In this document: positions 10,381-29,954 of the stretch, in pieces
Position numbering within the stretch: position 1 is the first letter of the stretch
Layout of the letters: each line of letters begins with the position of its first letter
NCBI GenBank assembly: GCA_020137815.1
Contig: CM035354.1
Coordinates: 1,426,001-1,490,000, forward strand
Direction: 5' to 3'
DNA length: 64,000 nt
DNA from: Hormiphora californensis
Taxonomy: Eukaryota; Animalia; Ctenophora
Notes under the pieces: model-generated
Database searches by the model: none
What the model was told of the DNA's origin: nothing
What the model saw: only the letters and a program-made list of their open reading frames with translations
Position numbers and translations under genes: made by a program

Positions 10381-13102
10381 ATTGGAGCGTACGGCCAAGG
10401 AACAAAACCAGTTTCACCCCAGCGATACTACGATCTGAGTCTCCGGAAAAACAAAGTTCAGACTTTCTGGAACCAACCTTCTCCTGAATTAAATAAAAAG
10501 TAATTAATCAATTAGTTAGATTAATAATTTGTAAGATTCTTTGACAGCTGTTCATGAGATCAAGACGAATATTTTCTGACATTGACAGCAAAAGTCTTTT
10601 TTTCCCTCTCTCTCTCACTTCCTCTCTCTATTCCACTTCCCAGGTTTGACTATAGTGAAGTAACGTCCAGCACGGAAAATGTGAAGGAATTCATTGCCCA
10701 TTTTATGGAGTTTGGTCTGGCTTTTCTTACCAATACCCCCCACCAAACTGGAGATATACTAAAGGTAATTGCACTTTTTTATTGGAAGAAGTTTTATATC
10801 TAAACGGGAAACAATTCATAACTTGATATACATGTGACATTTTAAAGGTCTGATACTGAGATACCATGTCCTATAATAGTGGGCGGACTCTAGTGCTAAC
10901 GGACTCTATCCTATATCCTACTCAGATTCTAGATACGTTGGAGGTTGGTCCTTATTGGGATAATATGTTTGGAACTGTATCACGTGTCAGCTTCATGAGT
11001 AAGTATAAGTAACACATGATATATGAGCTGTAGCTTGGTAACATAGACACCTGGCCACGGTGTCCTGGAATGAGGTTTTACCTCGCCTAGAGTGACCCGA
11101 GAAGTTACGGACCCTACCCCACGTATTTTTTGACGTAGAATCCGAAAAACATAAAATTAAAATCCTGTCATGTGCCGTTTTTGCGTAAAACGGCAAAAAC
11201 TGTCATTTTTAGCAATTTTCGTATTTTCCATGGCGCGACCGAGATTGAGCGGGGGTCGCACCAGGTGTCTATGTCACCAAGGGTCGCGCCAGTTGTCTAT
11301 GTCACCACCTCCACTCCCTCTTTTCAGATGATCCATCGAACCAGGCGTTTAATAACCAACACCTGGACCTACACACAGACATGCCATACTACACACAGAC
11401 CCCCTCTGCCTACTTCTTCCACTGTCTGGCCAATGAGCTGGAGGGGGGTGAGAGCTACTGGGCGGACACCTTTAGTGCTGTTCAAGAAATAAGGTAGGGG
11501 CATGCAGTAGCTGTCAGCGCGAACCACTCTCTTTGCTCGGCTCTTCTGCAGAGGGTAAGCGCGATGCCTGACAGATGTACTAGCTACATTTAGGTTTTGG
11601 TCGTCCAGTCCAATACTGCACTGATCTACGTGCAATTATTGCGAGCTATGAAGTATGGTTCTACTAAATATTGGTAGAAGCTGTGAAGATCACTAATCAT
11701 GAGTCCACTAGTCATGAGTCCACTATAATGGGCCTCATTGAAACTTTCAGCACAATTACCATGGTACTACCATATCATTAGTTTCTATTAAATTGCAACT
11801 AATGACCTGTGCGATGGTAGTAATGGCAGACATGTTATAGCTCCCAACTAGTAGTTGGGAGATAGAACACGTGTGATCTGAACAAGTCTGCAACTAAATA
11901 CTAATGACCTTTAATGCTCCAGCTCTGGTCTAGACACTAGTTACTTATTATGCTAGCTGCGTACCGGGTTCTTACTAAAACTCTTAAAACTAGAAATTCC
12001 TGGAATTTTAAAGAGCTTTTTAGAAAGAATTTCGAGTACTTGAGTTCTGCTTATTATAATAAGTTCCCCTGACCAAGTGCAAGAGAAATCTGCAGTGATC
12101 ACGACCTATCGCGCTAACCCTTTCTCTCGCTCTTTGAGCTTGGAGAGTGGTCGCACTGACAGAGAGAGAGAGTGGTCGCGCTGACAGAGAGAAATGGAGA
12201 TGGTGAAATGGTGATCACATACTGCATTATATGCGCAGCGAAATTCAAAATATATATCTCGGCTCAAACTCCAATTATTTCTCTGTTTCAGGGAATCTAG
12301 ACCGGATTACTACGAGTTACTGACTACTGTCTCCGTCCCGTTTCGTCAGTACGCCACGGGGTGGCACATGGCAGGAAGTTACCCAACTGTTGAGCTCATG
12401 AACGGGAACCTGTACCGGGTCAGGGACTGCATCTTTGTTATAGATACCTTCCAAATGACACGAGATCACCCCGCTGAGCTCAGAGAGAGGTGGTGGGAGG
12501 CATACAATCATCTGAGAGGACTGGTTACCGACACCAACCGGGCTGTCCAGGTGAGGTGGGGTGGGGGGGGGGAGTGAGGTCAGGGAGAGGTGGGGGAGGC
12601 ATACAATCATCTGAGAGGACTGGTTACCAACACCGACCGGGCTGTCCAGGTACGAGATATACTTAAAATATGGGGTGAGGTAGAGTGGCCAGGCCGGGGT
12701 AATTAGAGGGTACCGGGCTGTCCAGGTACGAGATATAGGGGGCTGCAGAGGATGTAGTTATCTAAAAGAGGGGTTGGGGAAATTAAAGAGGTCGGTGTGT
12801 ATAAATATACTCTTTTCGAAGGAGGCTAATTACTTCCACACCTTGGAGCGATTTCCTTGTCATACAGATCTTGTAATTACTGCTAATTATAATTAACCAC
12901 CCACATGCAGGTGAAGTTAGAGAGTGGGGACCTGGTGTTGATAGATAACTGGCGGGTTCAACATGCTCGTAATGCCTTCACAGTCAATGAGGCGAGTCAG
13001 GGAAAACACCGGGCTATGGAAGTGGTATATGTAGAGTGGAATCATGTCCAGAATAGGTTGCTGAGGAACGATGCCCAGACCAAACCCCTCATTTCAACTT
13101 AG
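10381..13102 (+). CDS. Fe(II)/2-oxoglutarate dioxygenase, gamma-butyrobetaine/trimethyllysine hydroxylase-like (TauD family), 5'-incomplete
   Basis: GT-AG exons with matching phases: 10381-10499, 10644-10764, 10926-10998, 11328-11493, 12292-12550, 12911-13102. Motifs FDYSEV, FGLAFL, LDLHTDMPYY (HxD), FHCL..E.EGGES.WAD and GDLVLIDNWRVQHAR (distal His and 2OG Arg). N-terminal exons were not found and probably lie left of the window. Confidence 0.9.
11034..11281. mobile_element. MITE with TIR CTTGGT(G/A)ACATAGACACCTGG in a dioxygenase intron
   Basis: 21-bp terminal inverted repeats. An internally deleted relative lies at 20255-20574. Confidence 0.7.
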
Positions 13103-13649
13103 CTGGACTAACTGATTCAGACTTTAAACCCCTCATTTCAACCTGATAGTGTATAAGGGACTTGATTCAGATGTGTGTAGTGTTTTTAAAACTCTTTTTC
13201 TGCGTTGAAGGCATATCTTTTGTGAGCAGAAATACCATTGAAAAGAGCGAGTGCGGGCAGCTAGATAAATGGTTTGTGTGTGATGATATTATCACGTACA
13301 CAGACCAACAGGATTTATATAGCTAGCTGCCCTCATATGAGTTGATTTTGTTGACAAAATGTATAATTGTAACCGTTTTCGTATTTTCTTCCAACCCCCC
13401 ACAAATCCAAAACACATTTTTTTTGCAAACGACTGGAATACTACAAATACATATTGACAGAAAGAATACACGTGGAAATTTGAAATGTTAATTGTTCAGC
13501 AAATACACAGCGATCAAAATGTGTTTCATGGTAACCTAGGCAACCGTTTCTCGTACCAAACTTTGAATTGATGTCTAGCTGAATCTTTTGAATCGTCTCA
13601 ACGTCCAGACAGGACCCTTCTTCTCATACATGGTCTCTCCTATACTACA

Positions 13650-19911
<6,262 letters not shown>

Positions 19912-20287
19912 GGTTGACCTGAAACAGATACTGTTGATCCCGGGGCACTTGCCAGTGCTAATATATTATTGGTACTGCTGCATTGTAGACCTGCAAAATT
20001 GCCCGAACCTCTTTCACCGCAACGGCAGAGAGGGTCTTGCATTTACTATACTGAAGGGGAGAAACTATAAATTTTATAGTTTTTTAAATAAAATCGAAAT
20101 TATTGGTTCAACAAATGCTACTAAAATACTTCCATATAAGGCGAGAATCGGGTCAATATGTCGTGGTGTCTACGAACTCTAGCTCTTAGCAACTATCTTA
20201 ATAGCAATAGTAAAACTTCAGGTGGTTTGCAGCAGTTGAGACAATGCCCCCAGCCTTGGTGACATAGACCTGGCGCCAGGTGTCTAT

Positions 20288-20563
20288 GGGTCACCACACA
20301 CCAAAGTTAAAATTAAAATTAAAATTTTGATTTTAAACCCGCACACACCAGCGGCCGTTAAAATTTCTCTCCCCATTCTAAAGGTAACAATCTCGCGCGC
20401 GATTTTAACGGCGTGTTAAAATTTTGTCATCCAACGCGACCGTCAAAATCGTGCGTGAGATTGTTACTTTTAGAATGGGGAGAGAAATTTTAACGGCCGC
20501 TGGTGTGTGCGGGTTTAAAATCAAAATTTTAATTTTAATTTTAACTTTGGTGTGTGGTGACCC
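20288..20563. mobile_element. Palindromic PIF/Harbinger-like MITE nested inside a shorter MITE (20255-20574)
   Basis: Ends GGGTCACCACACACCAAAG / CTTTGGTGTGTGGTGACCC with a 3-bp TSD TAT. A related left end occurs near 57077. Confidence 0.75.
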
Positions 20564-20711
20564 TATGTCACCAGCCCACTTGGACTGGTACAATTCAGGT
20601 AAACTAACCTGCTAGGGCCATTCCTGAGTCTCTGGTCCTCGTCCGCCAAGGATGAGTTATCACTACTTGGAGTAGGGGGAGGTAGGATCTCTGGCGAGGG
20701 GAGTTCGTTGT

Positions 20712-20754
20712 GTTACCATGGAGAGCTGCATCATATAATTGTTACCATGGTAAC
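20712..20754. promoter_or_regulatory. Two RFX X-box-like motifs upstream of the C2 gene
   Basis: GTTACCATGGAGAG (20712-25) and perfect palindrome GTTACCATGGTAAC (20741-54); function inferred only. Confidence 0.4.
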
Positions 20755-20904
20755 AGTAGTAGCATTGTTGTAGTCCCAGCTGAGCTGTTCAAGGTGGAGA
20801 TAGCAGCATTTAGCGGCACGATCGTTACTCGACCCACAGCACTTAGCAAAGTAGTTCCTGCAGTTAATGTGAATGTTATCATGAATTATAGCAGAGGTAG
20901 CAGC

Positions 20905-23600
20905 GCTATATATAGCAGACAAAACATCTACACACGTGTTTCTAACGTACCAAGATCAGTGCAATAAGCCTCTAGCTCACCAGCACTATATAGCAGATAA
21001 AACATTCTACACACGTGTATTTCTAACGTACCAAGATCAGTGCAATACATGTAGAGGTAGCAGTAGCAGTATACTAGCAGATAAAACATCTACACACGTG
21101 TTTCTAACGTACCAAGATCAGTGCAATAAGCTCAGCTGCAAGCAGTCTAGCAGATAAAACATCTACACGTGTTTTTAACGTACCAAGACTGCAATAAGCC
21201 TCTAGCTCACCAGCAGATAAACATCTACACACGTTTTTCTAACGTACCAAGATCATGCAATAAGCCTCTAGCTCACAGCACTATATAGCAGATAAACATT
21301 CTACACGTATTTGTATCATCTGAATACCATGTGAATCTGTAGAGGGAGCAGTTTCTAGCATATCTACAGATTAAACTCTACGTTTTCTAACGTACAATAG
21401 TGCAAATCATACCACACTATAGGATCAAACTACAAGTCGTTTTCTAACGTCACCAACAGTGATACCCCTCTCAGCCAAGCAGATAAAACATCTACCACGT
21501 TTTCTACGTACCAAACACATAAGCCCTACCACCAGATTAGCAGAAAACATCTAATGTTTACTAAGTAACCAAGATCAGTGCAATAAGCCTCTAGCTCACC
21601 AGCCTAGCAGATAAAACATCTACACGTGTATTCTAACGTACCAAGATCAGTGCAATAAGCCTCTAGCTCACCAGCCTGCTAGCAGATAACACTACATTTC
21701 TACACCAAGATCGCAATAAGCCTCTCCCCCAGCAGATAAACACTACCCGTATTTCACGTCCAAGATCATGCATAACTCTAGCTCACCCCGATAAACCCAC
21801 ATTCATCAATCACAGCCCGCTTAGTACAGTTTCCAACGTCCAAACCCCCAGATAGTCAATGTATTCTATCCGTCAGGCATAGCCACTCACCCTCGCCGAA
21901 GTAACACATGAAAGGTCTGTGCTTTTCAACGTACCAGATCTCTGAATAGCTCTTGCCTCACCCAGCATAATAGCAGATAAAACAATTCACACTTGTATTT
22001 CTAACGACCAAAGATAGTTGAAAGCCTCTAGCTCACAACACTGCAGATAAAACCATAACGTGTTTTCAACGTACAAGATCAAGTGCAATAAGCTCTAGCT
22101 ACAAGCACTATATTAGCAGCATATAAACTACTACAGCGTGTTTTTAACGTGGACCAAGATCAGTGCAAGAAGGGGAAAAGCCGTATGGGAACTGGGAATC
22201 CAGTACGCCGAAATTAACTTAAAGGAAGAAAACTGATTCGTATTTTCAGTTGAACAGCCGTTTCTGTACTCGAAATCGAAATGCTATCGCTGGTTTCTCC
22301 ATCTTTTCATTCCTACATCAAACATCCAAACCTTAGCAGCACGCAACACGTCCTCTCTCTCTTTCTCTCTCCCCCCTTTTTCCCCCTTTTTTTTCCCCCC
22401 CTCCTCTCCCCCTTCTCTCTCCCTCCTTCTCTTCTTCTCTTATCTCTCTCTCTCTCTCTCTCGTCCTCTCTCTCGCTTTCCCCCTCTCTCTCTCCTCCCT
22501 CTCCTCTCTCTCTCTCTCGCCTCCAGGCTTTCTCTCAAAGCCCTTTTTAATCTTATAACCTACCTTATTACAGCACAAATTTTTTCTCATTGTCCTCTCT
22601 CTCCCTCTCTTTCCCCTCCCCTCTTCCTTCTCCTTCTCTCCTCTCTTTTTTCTCCCTTTAACTACCAGTATCCCTCATATGCTTTGCAAATTGTTTTTAA
22701 TCACCTGTTAAAAAATGGAAAACCCAGAAGTACTCGGTTTTCAAGTACACCAGATCCTCTCATTTTAAATTTTTGAACTGAGAGAACTCGTCCAGCGCGC
22801 GATGTTTCGAGGTCAGTTCAGTAAATAGCCGTACTGGTGCGCGAACTCCAGTGTTTTTCTCAGTAAGTAGCCGTCGAACTGGAGTTCAGTTCAGTACGGC
22901 TGTTTTCCGCCTAAGCCTCTAGCTCACCAGCAGATAAAACATCTACACACGTGTTTTCTAACGTACCAAGATCAGTGCAATAAGCCTCTAGCTCACCAGC
23001 CTGCTAGCAGATAAAACATCTACACGTGTATTTCTAACGTACCAAGATCAGTGCAATAAGCCTCTAGCTCACCAGCAGATAAAACATCTACACGTGTATT
23101 TCTAACGTACCAAGATCAGTGCAATAAGCCTCTAGCTCACCAGCCTGCTAGCAGATAAAACATCTACATGTATTTCTAACGTACCAAGATCAGTGCAATA
23201 AGCCTCTAGCTCACCAGCAGATAAAACATCTACACGTGTATTTCTAACGTACCAAGATCAGTGCAATAAGCCTCTAGCTCACCAGCCTGCTAGCAGATAA
23301 AACATCTACACGTGTATTTCCTAATCATACCAAATCGTGCAAAAGCCTCAGCTATAGCAGATAAAAAGTATTTCTAACGTACCAAGATCAGTGCAATAAG
23401 CCCCCTAGTCTATATAGCAGATAAAACAATGTATTTTTAACGTACAAGTCAGTGCATAAGCCTTAGCTTCTAGCAGATAAAATGTATTTCAAGTCCAATC
23501 AGTGCAAAAGTACAAAAAGGCCTCTACGCTAATAATTTGCATATGCAAAACATGATTTAAAAAACCAAGATCAGTTTCAATAAGCCTCTAGCTCACCAGC
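20905..23600. repeat. About 60-70-bp minisatellite (GCAGATAAAACATCTACACGTGTATTTCTAACGTACCAAGATCAGTGCAATAAGCCTCTAGCTCACCA), partly noisy
   Basis: Clean copies at 20910-21300 and 22912-23330; degenerate copies between. Confidence 0.92.
22170..22911. mobile_element. Harbinger-like MITE inserted in the minisatellite
   Basis: Right end CTGGAGTTCAGTTCAGTACGGCTGTTTTCCGCC followed by TAA; degenerate inverted copy at the left end (GGGGAAAAGCCGTATGGGAACTGGGAATCCAG). Confidence 0.55.
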
Positions 23601-25653
23601 CCTGCGGAAGAAGAGATTGGACAGGGGGTCGGGGGTGGGGCTCTTCCCCTACTCCTCCCCAAATTTTAAAGGCTGCCGTTCCTACCGCGGGGGGGACCCA
23701 CTCAACGGGACCAGGATTCACAATTCGCATATTGTTATAGGGCCTACAAGACCCGCTAACAACCTGAGACCGAGGAGCCAACTTCGATAAGCCGTAACTT
23801 TCATGGTGGACGAGGGTAGGACTACAACCACGATATGATATCATTAGTGTGTAAGTACCTGAAGTACTCCCTCGCCCGGACCGGAATGGAATCCCCTCCC
23901 TGATCCGTAAAGTAGGTGCAGAGTACTGTGCACCTCTGGTACCATTGGCTGACTCACTTCGGACTAAGAAAATCCCAGAATACTACAAAATGGGTCACAG
24001 TTGTACCCCCTACAAAAGGGGAACCAGTCGAGCACAAAAATTACCGACCTTTCACACTGACGAGCATTTACTAACACTGTTCGACGCGTATCGTCCAGGG
24101 CCCAGATGTTGAACATTGTTGAAAAAAATGGCCTTTTTTTTTTTTTTTCAAAAACACAGCAGGGCTTTCCGCAAAGGACGATCGTGTTTGGACCCACTTC
24201 TTGGCCACATAGACTGGTTAGTAAAAGCTTATGCGGTGAAAAAGAGAGACACTGTGTACCTCGCTCCCCACTCCCGCATTTTGACTATGAGTCGAGCTTA
24301 CCGCTGACCTTTGGTCTATGCTCGTTAAACTGAGGCGGTAATGGAGTCCACTCTCAGATTGTTGAATGGCGGAATCTTTCCTACCGATAGGAAACAGAAA
24401 GTGTGCTTGACGTGACGCTCACAATCTTATCGCGTACCATAATACGCGGTGTAACCCCAGGAAGTGTGTTAGAGCACCGCTCCTCTTCTTAAGTCTTTAA
24501 TCAATATCTTGAGTTATGGAGTTGAAAGATGCCTTACGTTCAGCTTCTTCCGCTGACGAACTCGAGAGCGGCGATGGCAATATCTATTCTGCTGATACTG
24601 AACATGTAACAGCTGCAGCAGGATCTGATCGATGATGGCTAGGTCAAGGACGAACAATAATGGTCCTAAACGAAGACAACAATTGCCTTACGACCCACAG
24701 ACACAACCCAAACTCCCGATGAATCTCTTTCCTATGGCGGGCATTTGAGTACAGCCTACCAACCAGTGGCGGTGCCACAAATCTCACCTTCGATCATGTA
24801 AGGGATCTGGGATTAAAGTTTCCTTCCAGTGACTTAATCCTGGAGACCACCTTGTCAATCTGTTTGGCCCAAGCGAGGAAGATGCCATGGCCATGGTGTT
24901 CGGGTGGTTCTCGCAGTTCGGGGACCCCTGACTGATAGCGCTGTTTCTTAAAACCCTGGTCATAAGCTTGATGGAGTACTTTGCTCTCCAGTGTGGATCC
25001 CGCAAACCTGTATGTGATATCCAACTGATCGAGTCTGTTCAGCAGCGGGGCTTCACAGGCGAAATCTCCGCTGAAGGACCTTGACTACGGAACGCCTAAA
25101 AGAAGCCCTCGACTACTTGATGTCTCTGCAAAGACGGTACTTTATAGGTATGCATTGCTAATCATGCACAAGACCCTACCGTGGGCTGATACCGAATGAA
25201 CCCGATATTTAGCTTCAAAATCAATCAAAAAATCAACCGTACCTCCCGCCACGGTGCCAAAGCCGAGAGATACCTGACCTGTCAACGGGTAAAGAGCCAA
25301 AGAACTGGCACAACTGTTGAATAGCTCTTTTATCCTTCGGTGTGCGAATAATATCACAACGGCGGTACCGCAGATCAGGGCGGGGGGAGGGTGGCGGGGC
25401 AACGGGGGGTGGAATTGTCCTCCGGAATGATCTGAGGGAGATCGAGGACCCTGATTTAGTTTTAAATGTAAGCTGGGCGCGCTCCTTCTCCGTTATAACC
25501 CAAACGCCCCCTAACCCTTGACATATCAGCCCCAACAGAACTCTTTGTCTGACTGGTTGTTGGAGCCAGTTTCACTAAACGGTGGTCCGATTCCCCCTGG
25601 GATGACCTGACGTATCATGGCTAAACAACTCAAAGTATAAAAAAAAGTAAGTA
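23601..25653 (+). mobile_element. 5'-truncated, heavily frameshifted CR1-group LINE (RT region), not resolved by the ORF track
   Basis: Frame-hopping translation gives, in order: GP.GIP (about 23880), NYRP..LT (24040), FRKGRSCL (24167), GV..GSVL.PLLF (24450), FAD (24550), DHVRDLG (24792), IQLIESVQ (25019), KDLDY.ERLK..LMSLQRR (25075-25137). Its 3' end CTCAAAGTATAAAAAAAAGTAAGTA resembles that of the first LINE. Confidence 0.85.
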
Positions 25654-26821
25654 TCTCTCTCTCCTCTCTCTCCTCCTCAATCCATCTCCCATCTCCATCT
25701 TCCATCTCCATCTCCATCCTCCATCTCCATCTCCTCTCTATCTCTAACAATTCTCAGTCACGGGGGGGGGCCGCGCCTAGGGCGGGGGGGTCACGGGCGG
25801 AGTAACTTTTCATCAGCTACTACTATAGGTAACTTGGATAGCCTACATTGGCAGCAAGGTTCGAACAAGGAAGGCAGGGGGTGTGATTGGATCGATACTG
25901 GAACTGGTAGAGATTATAGCAATAGCAAACGTGTGATCTGAAACTTTACTCATGAGTGTAAGTGCACTGCTACTCCATCCCCCCGATATTAAGAGCATTC
26001 TCCACTCTGCATCGGATGGGTAAGCACTGGACAGAGATTTGCATTGCATTACGTTAGTCGGACCCTATTATTGCATGTCGTGTAGCTTGTGCCTGTTTCA
26101 ATGATAGTCCACTAACGGGGACATCCGTTTATTGCAGGGACAACAACCGCCCGACCGGAGACGGCCATCTTGGTATATTAGACTCTGGTGGAAAGGTGAT
26201 GTCAGTCAAGACTAGATCTGGTTAAGAGGATCAGGACCTGGTGATGGATATAGGTAATCAATAAACCACTACCTACCCTGCGGTTATATGTAACGGGCAC
26301 CCGCTAGGGGTGATCGCTCACCATATACGTGTACTGCCAGACCGGCGAAGCAGGGAGGGTGTATATGGTATAAAACCCTACCAAAGGAGGTGGTTTTATA
26401 CTTTATATCAGCAAGGATTTATTGATTATAAGTTTTTTATGGCGGCAAAACATCCTCTGCTTGGTTAATAGCGGGCGGGGCATATCAGACAAATTTTCAC
26501 CCGCTGAGACATTCATTAGGAAATGGAATTGAATTTTGAATACTTTGTTCAAGTGCTCACACTTCACTCTATGTTTCCAAATCCCCCTCTAAACGATATA
26601 CAGCGTGCCTACCTGTTTACCACTATATCTTGACTCAAGATGTTCCGTTCATTTAGACATAGCGTCATACCAAGCCTGGAATTATTTTCTCTTCACAAAA
26701 CTCTACATAAGGGCCGATCCAATATTCTTTCCATCATCTTGTACAGAGATGGTCGTGGTTGTCGGGTTAGATACCTCGTCAACGATCTTCAAACCTAGAG
26801 GATGATAGGGGAGTTCATATT

Positions 26822-26921
26822 NNNNNNNNNNNNNNNNNNNNNNNNNNNNNNNNNNNNNNNNNNNNNNNNNNNNNNNNNNNNNNNNNNNNNNNNNNNNNNN
26901 NNNNNNNNNNNNNNNNNNNNN
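26822..26921. other. Assembly gap (100 N)
   Basis: Run of N; flanking sequence is error-rich. Confidence 1.
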
Positions 26922-27119
26922 TATTTAGTTGTGACAGGGCGGTACTGTTCTACTAAAACTTGCTAGATACCTAAATCTGCATGAGATATTTAGGTTTGAA
27001 GATGATAATTAGTTGGACGACAGCTATAAGAATAGAACAAGGAAAGACAAACTATTATACTGCAAATGAGCTACACATGCCGGTCTAGTTGAATCGTTTG
27101 AGGGGAGCGTAAGAGATCT

Positions 27120-29920
27120 AAGGGGGAGAGGAGGCGAGAGTAGCGATCTGGACAACGTGGTGGTGTTAGATGGATAGAAAGACAAGATGAATGAGAGAGA
27201 GAGAGAGCGATCTGACGTGAGACGAGAGATTAGATTGTAGAGACGAGAGAGAGGAGAGAGTTTCGATGAGAGGACAGAGGATCGACAGGATGAGCGAGAG
27301 AGATCTAGAGAGATAGAGACCGATGGAGAGAGATAAGAGATGATCGACGAGAGGATAGAAAAGGACAGAGAGACAGAGATAGATGAGAGAGCGATGGGGA
27401 GATCGTTCGAGAGAGCGGGATTGGATGATGAGAGATGAGGATCGACATTGGGTGAATTCGTGACTTGAGAGGTTTAGATCAGGAGGACAAGAGACGAGAG
27501 GACGAGCATGACTTCGACGAGTTAATGAGAGGGAGAGAGAGAGGACCTAGAGAGGCGGAGTGATGAGAGATTAGAGAGATGCATGGTGGGAAGAGAGGAG
27601 AGAAAGTTAGAGAAAAAAGGATATGGGATTGGACTGCTATTTTAAAACACAAGACATTTCACGCCCTAAAAGATAGAAATTAGAGAGACAGATGCTATAC
27701 ATGACAAAGAGTGCTGCAGTTAGGAGAGCGTGAACCTCATGGTGAAGCACAACAGAAGGTTAAAGTTCATGCAAAATACAATTACCTTCATAAAACAGCA
27801 ATTAAATGGAGTAGCAGAGATGGTAGTATAACGCCCACTGCGCTTTTTTTTTAGGACAAATATCACCCGCGACGGTAGCCGGCTGATATGACTTGCATCC
27901 GAAAATGATAAATATTCATAACCTCCGGCTCTAAAAGTGCAATTTTTATTACACGCAAAGAATTCACCCAAAAAGGTGTGAAAACTCTTTCTTTTTGTGT
28001 GTACTGTTGTGGTAACTATGTTTCAACAGAGGAAAAGAGAGATTGGAAAAAAAAATTGCCACCTCACCCTCCCCTAAAAACTCAATTCACATTATTACTC
28101 CATACGAGAGCAGAAGAGGAGCCCCTGAGAGAGAAGGAGAGAGAGACGCACGAGAGAGGGGGAGAGGGAGAGAGAGAAGAAATGGGAGAAAGGAAGAGAC
28201 CCGACAGGAGAAGAGAGAAGGGCTAGAGAAGAGGAGAGATAGAGAGAGACGAGAACTTGAAGGGACGGTGCAAGGATAATCGCCAGATAAAACTCAGTCC
28301 AGATGGATAAATGTTTATGAGCGTACAAGCATAGTTAGTGTGTTGTATGTATTAGCCTAGAAATATAAGAGAAGTGCAAGGAAAAGAAGAGAGTAGGGAG
28401 GAAAGTGAAAGAGAGGTAATAAGAAGTTAGAGATGCACTTTTAATATCGAAAAAGCATAGAGACTGACTGTCCAAGGCAACAGCAGATCGTCGTGAAATT
28501 GGAACCAAGTCATGACCACTAAAAAAGAACCCAAATTCACGTCACGTGTGGAAAGGTATTAGCCAGCTGATAATAAAAGGAGGAAATGCGAGCTGAGAAT
28601 GGATAAATGGAAGATATACAATGTGACGCTAACGGAGAGAGATAGAGGAGATAGAAGAATAGAGAGAGAGGAGAGAGATAGAGGAGTTAGAGAGAGAAAG
28701 AAGAAAGAGGGATAGAAGAGAGAGGATAGAGCGAGAGAAGATTACCGGAGGCATTTATACCCCACACGAAGGAATATTGTTGCATATCACCACCCAACAC
28801 ACACACTCACTCCCACACACCGTTACTCAAGTACTACTGCTTGAACATCACGCAAGATGCAAAAAGATACCCCCTTCACGAGTAACCGATGTAAGAACTT
28901 TAACTACCTGTGCTAACTGAAGCCGCGGGACAATTTGATTAGACCCAAAAGACCACAACCAAGTTACAAAGACCAAATAGCCTCCAACCGCAAGAAAAGG
29001 TCAAACCCATAAATTGTGAATTGAATCGTTTATTCGACATATTACTATATGAAATATGTGGTAAGGGATAATTCAGAACGCCACAAATCAGAGCAGCTCT
29101 CTGACTGTGTGCGGAGGCTTGCCCATACTGTAAGGACTGTCTGCCGTGCTCTATCTTTCTATCTTCTATCATGTCCTCTTCGACTCTCTCTCTATCTTCT
29201 CTCTCTATCTTTCTTTCATGTCTATCTCTATATTCTTCTCTCTATCTCTCCCTCTCATATAATCTGCAAAGCGATCCTCTTTCTCCGTTTCGAGACCAAG
29301 TAGAAGATAATAGGAATGGCCGAATGGCTTCTTTTCCCACTCCTTGCATATTATTTATCGCTCGTCAGATTATTTCTCTCTACTTTTCTACACCCTAGTG
29401 TGTCCCGGCATCGGTATCGCATGAAAGCAGATGCATGGAGAGGAAAGTGAAATGGAGGAAGAATATAGAACGGACAGGTGGACAGGAGAGCTGCCCCCAA
29501 TTATACATGCAGATGTGTACACGGGGGGGGGGGGGAGGGAAGAGAGGGTGAGAACTGAGGAGGAGAGATAGAGAGAGAGAGGAGAGAAGAGAGAGAGAGA
29601 TAGATAGAGAAAAAGAGGATAGAAAAAGGACAAAAGAAGGTCTTTTGTTTGACCTACCCCCTCTCTTTGTTTCCCCATTTTTACATGGCATGGGGACGAA
29701 GTCGCGGAAATCCTAATACGCTCTGCCCCCCCCCCCCCCCCCAGCTGGGGGTCCAAAGAACACTATAGGGACTAACGAAGTTCAACTCTGACAGCACCCT
29801 GTTTTCCCAACATACCAGCATGTTGAGTATTCAGGAAAAGACAGATAGTTGCGTACAGAAGAAGGGGAGAGAAGAGAAGAACAAATCTTTCATTCCTTCT
29901 CTCTCTCTCTCGCTATCTCC

Positions 29921-29954
<34 letters not shown>

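Noticed and set aside
10381-13102. Possible coelenterazine-pathway (isopenicillin-N-synthase-like, FYY-tailed) oxygenase
   Set aside because: Motifs are TauD/BBOX-type and the C-terminus is PLIST, not FYY.
19991-20050. Candidate extra C2-gene exon
   Set aside because: Its open frame is phase-incompatible with the following exon.
23591-23620. Apparent 5-nt microexon on the minus strand (CTTCTTCCGCAG|GGCTG|GTGAGC)
   Set aside because: The acceptor-like side is the truncated 5' end of the second LINE, so the arrangement is more simply an insertion junction.
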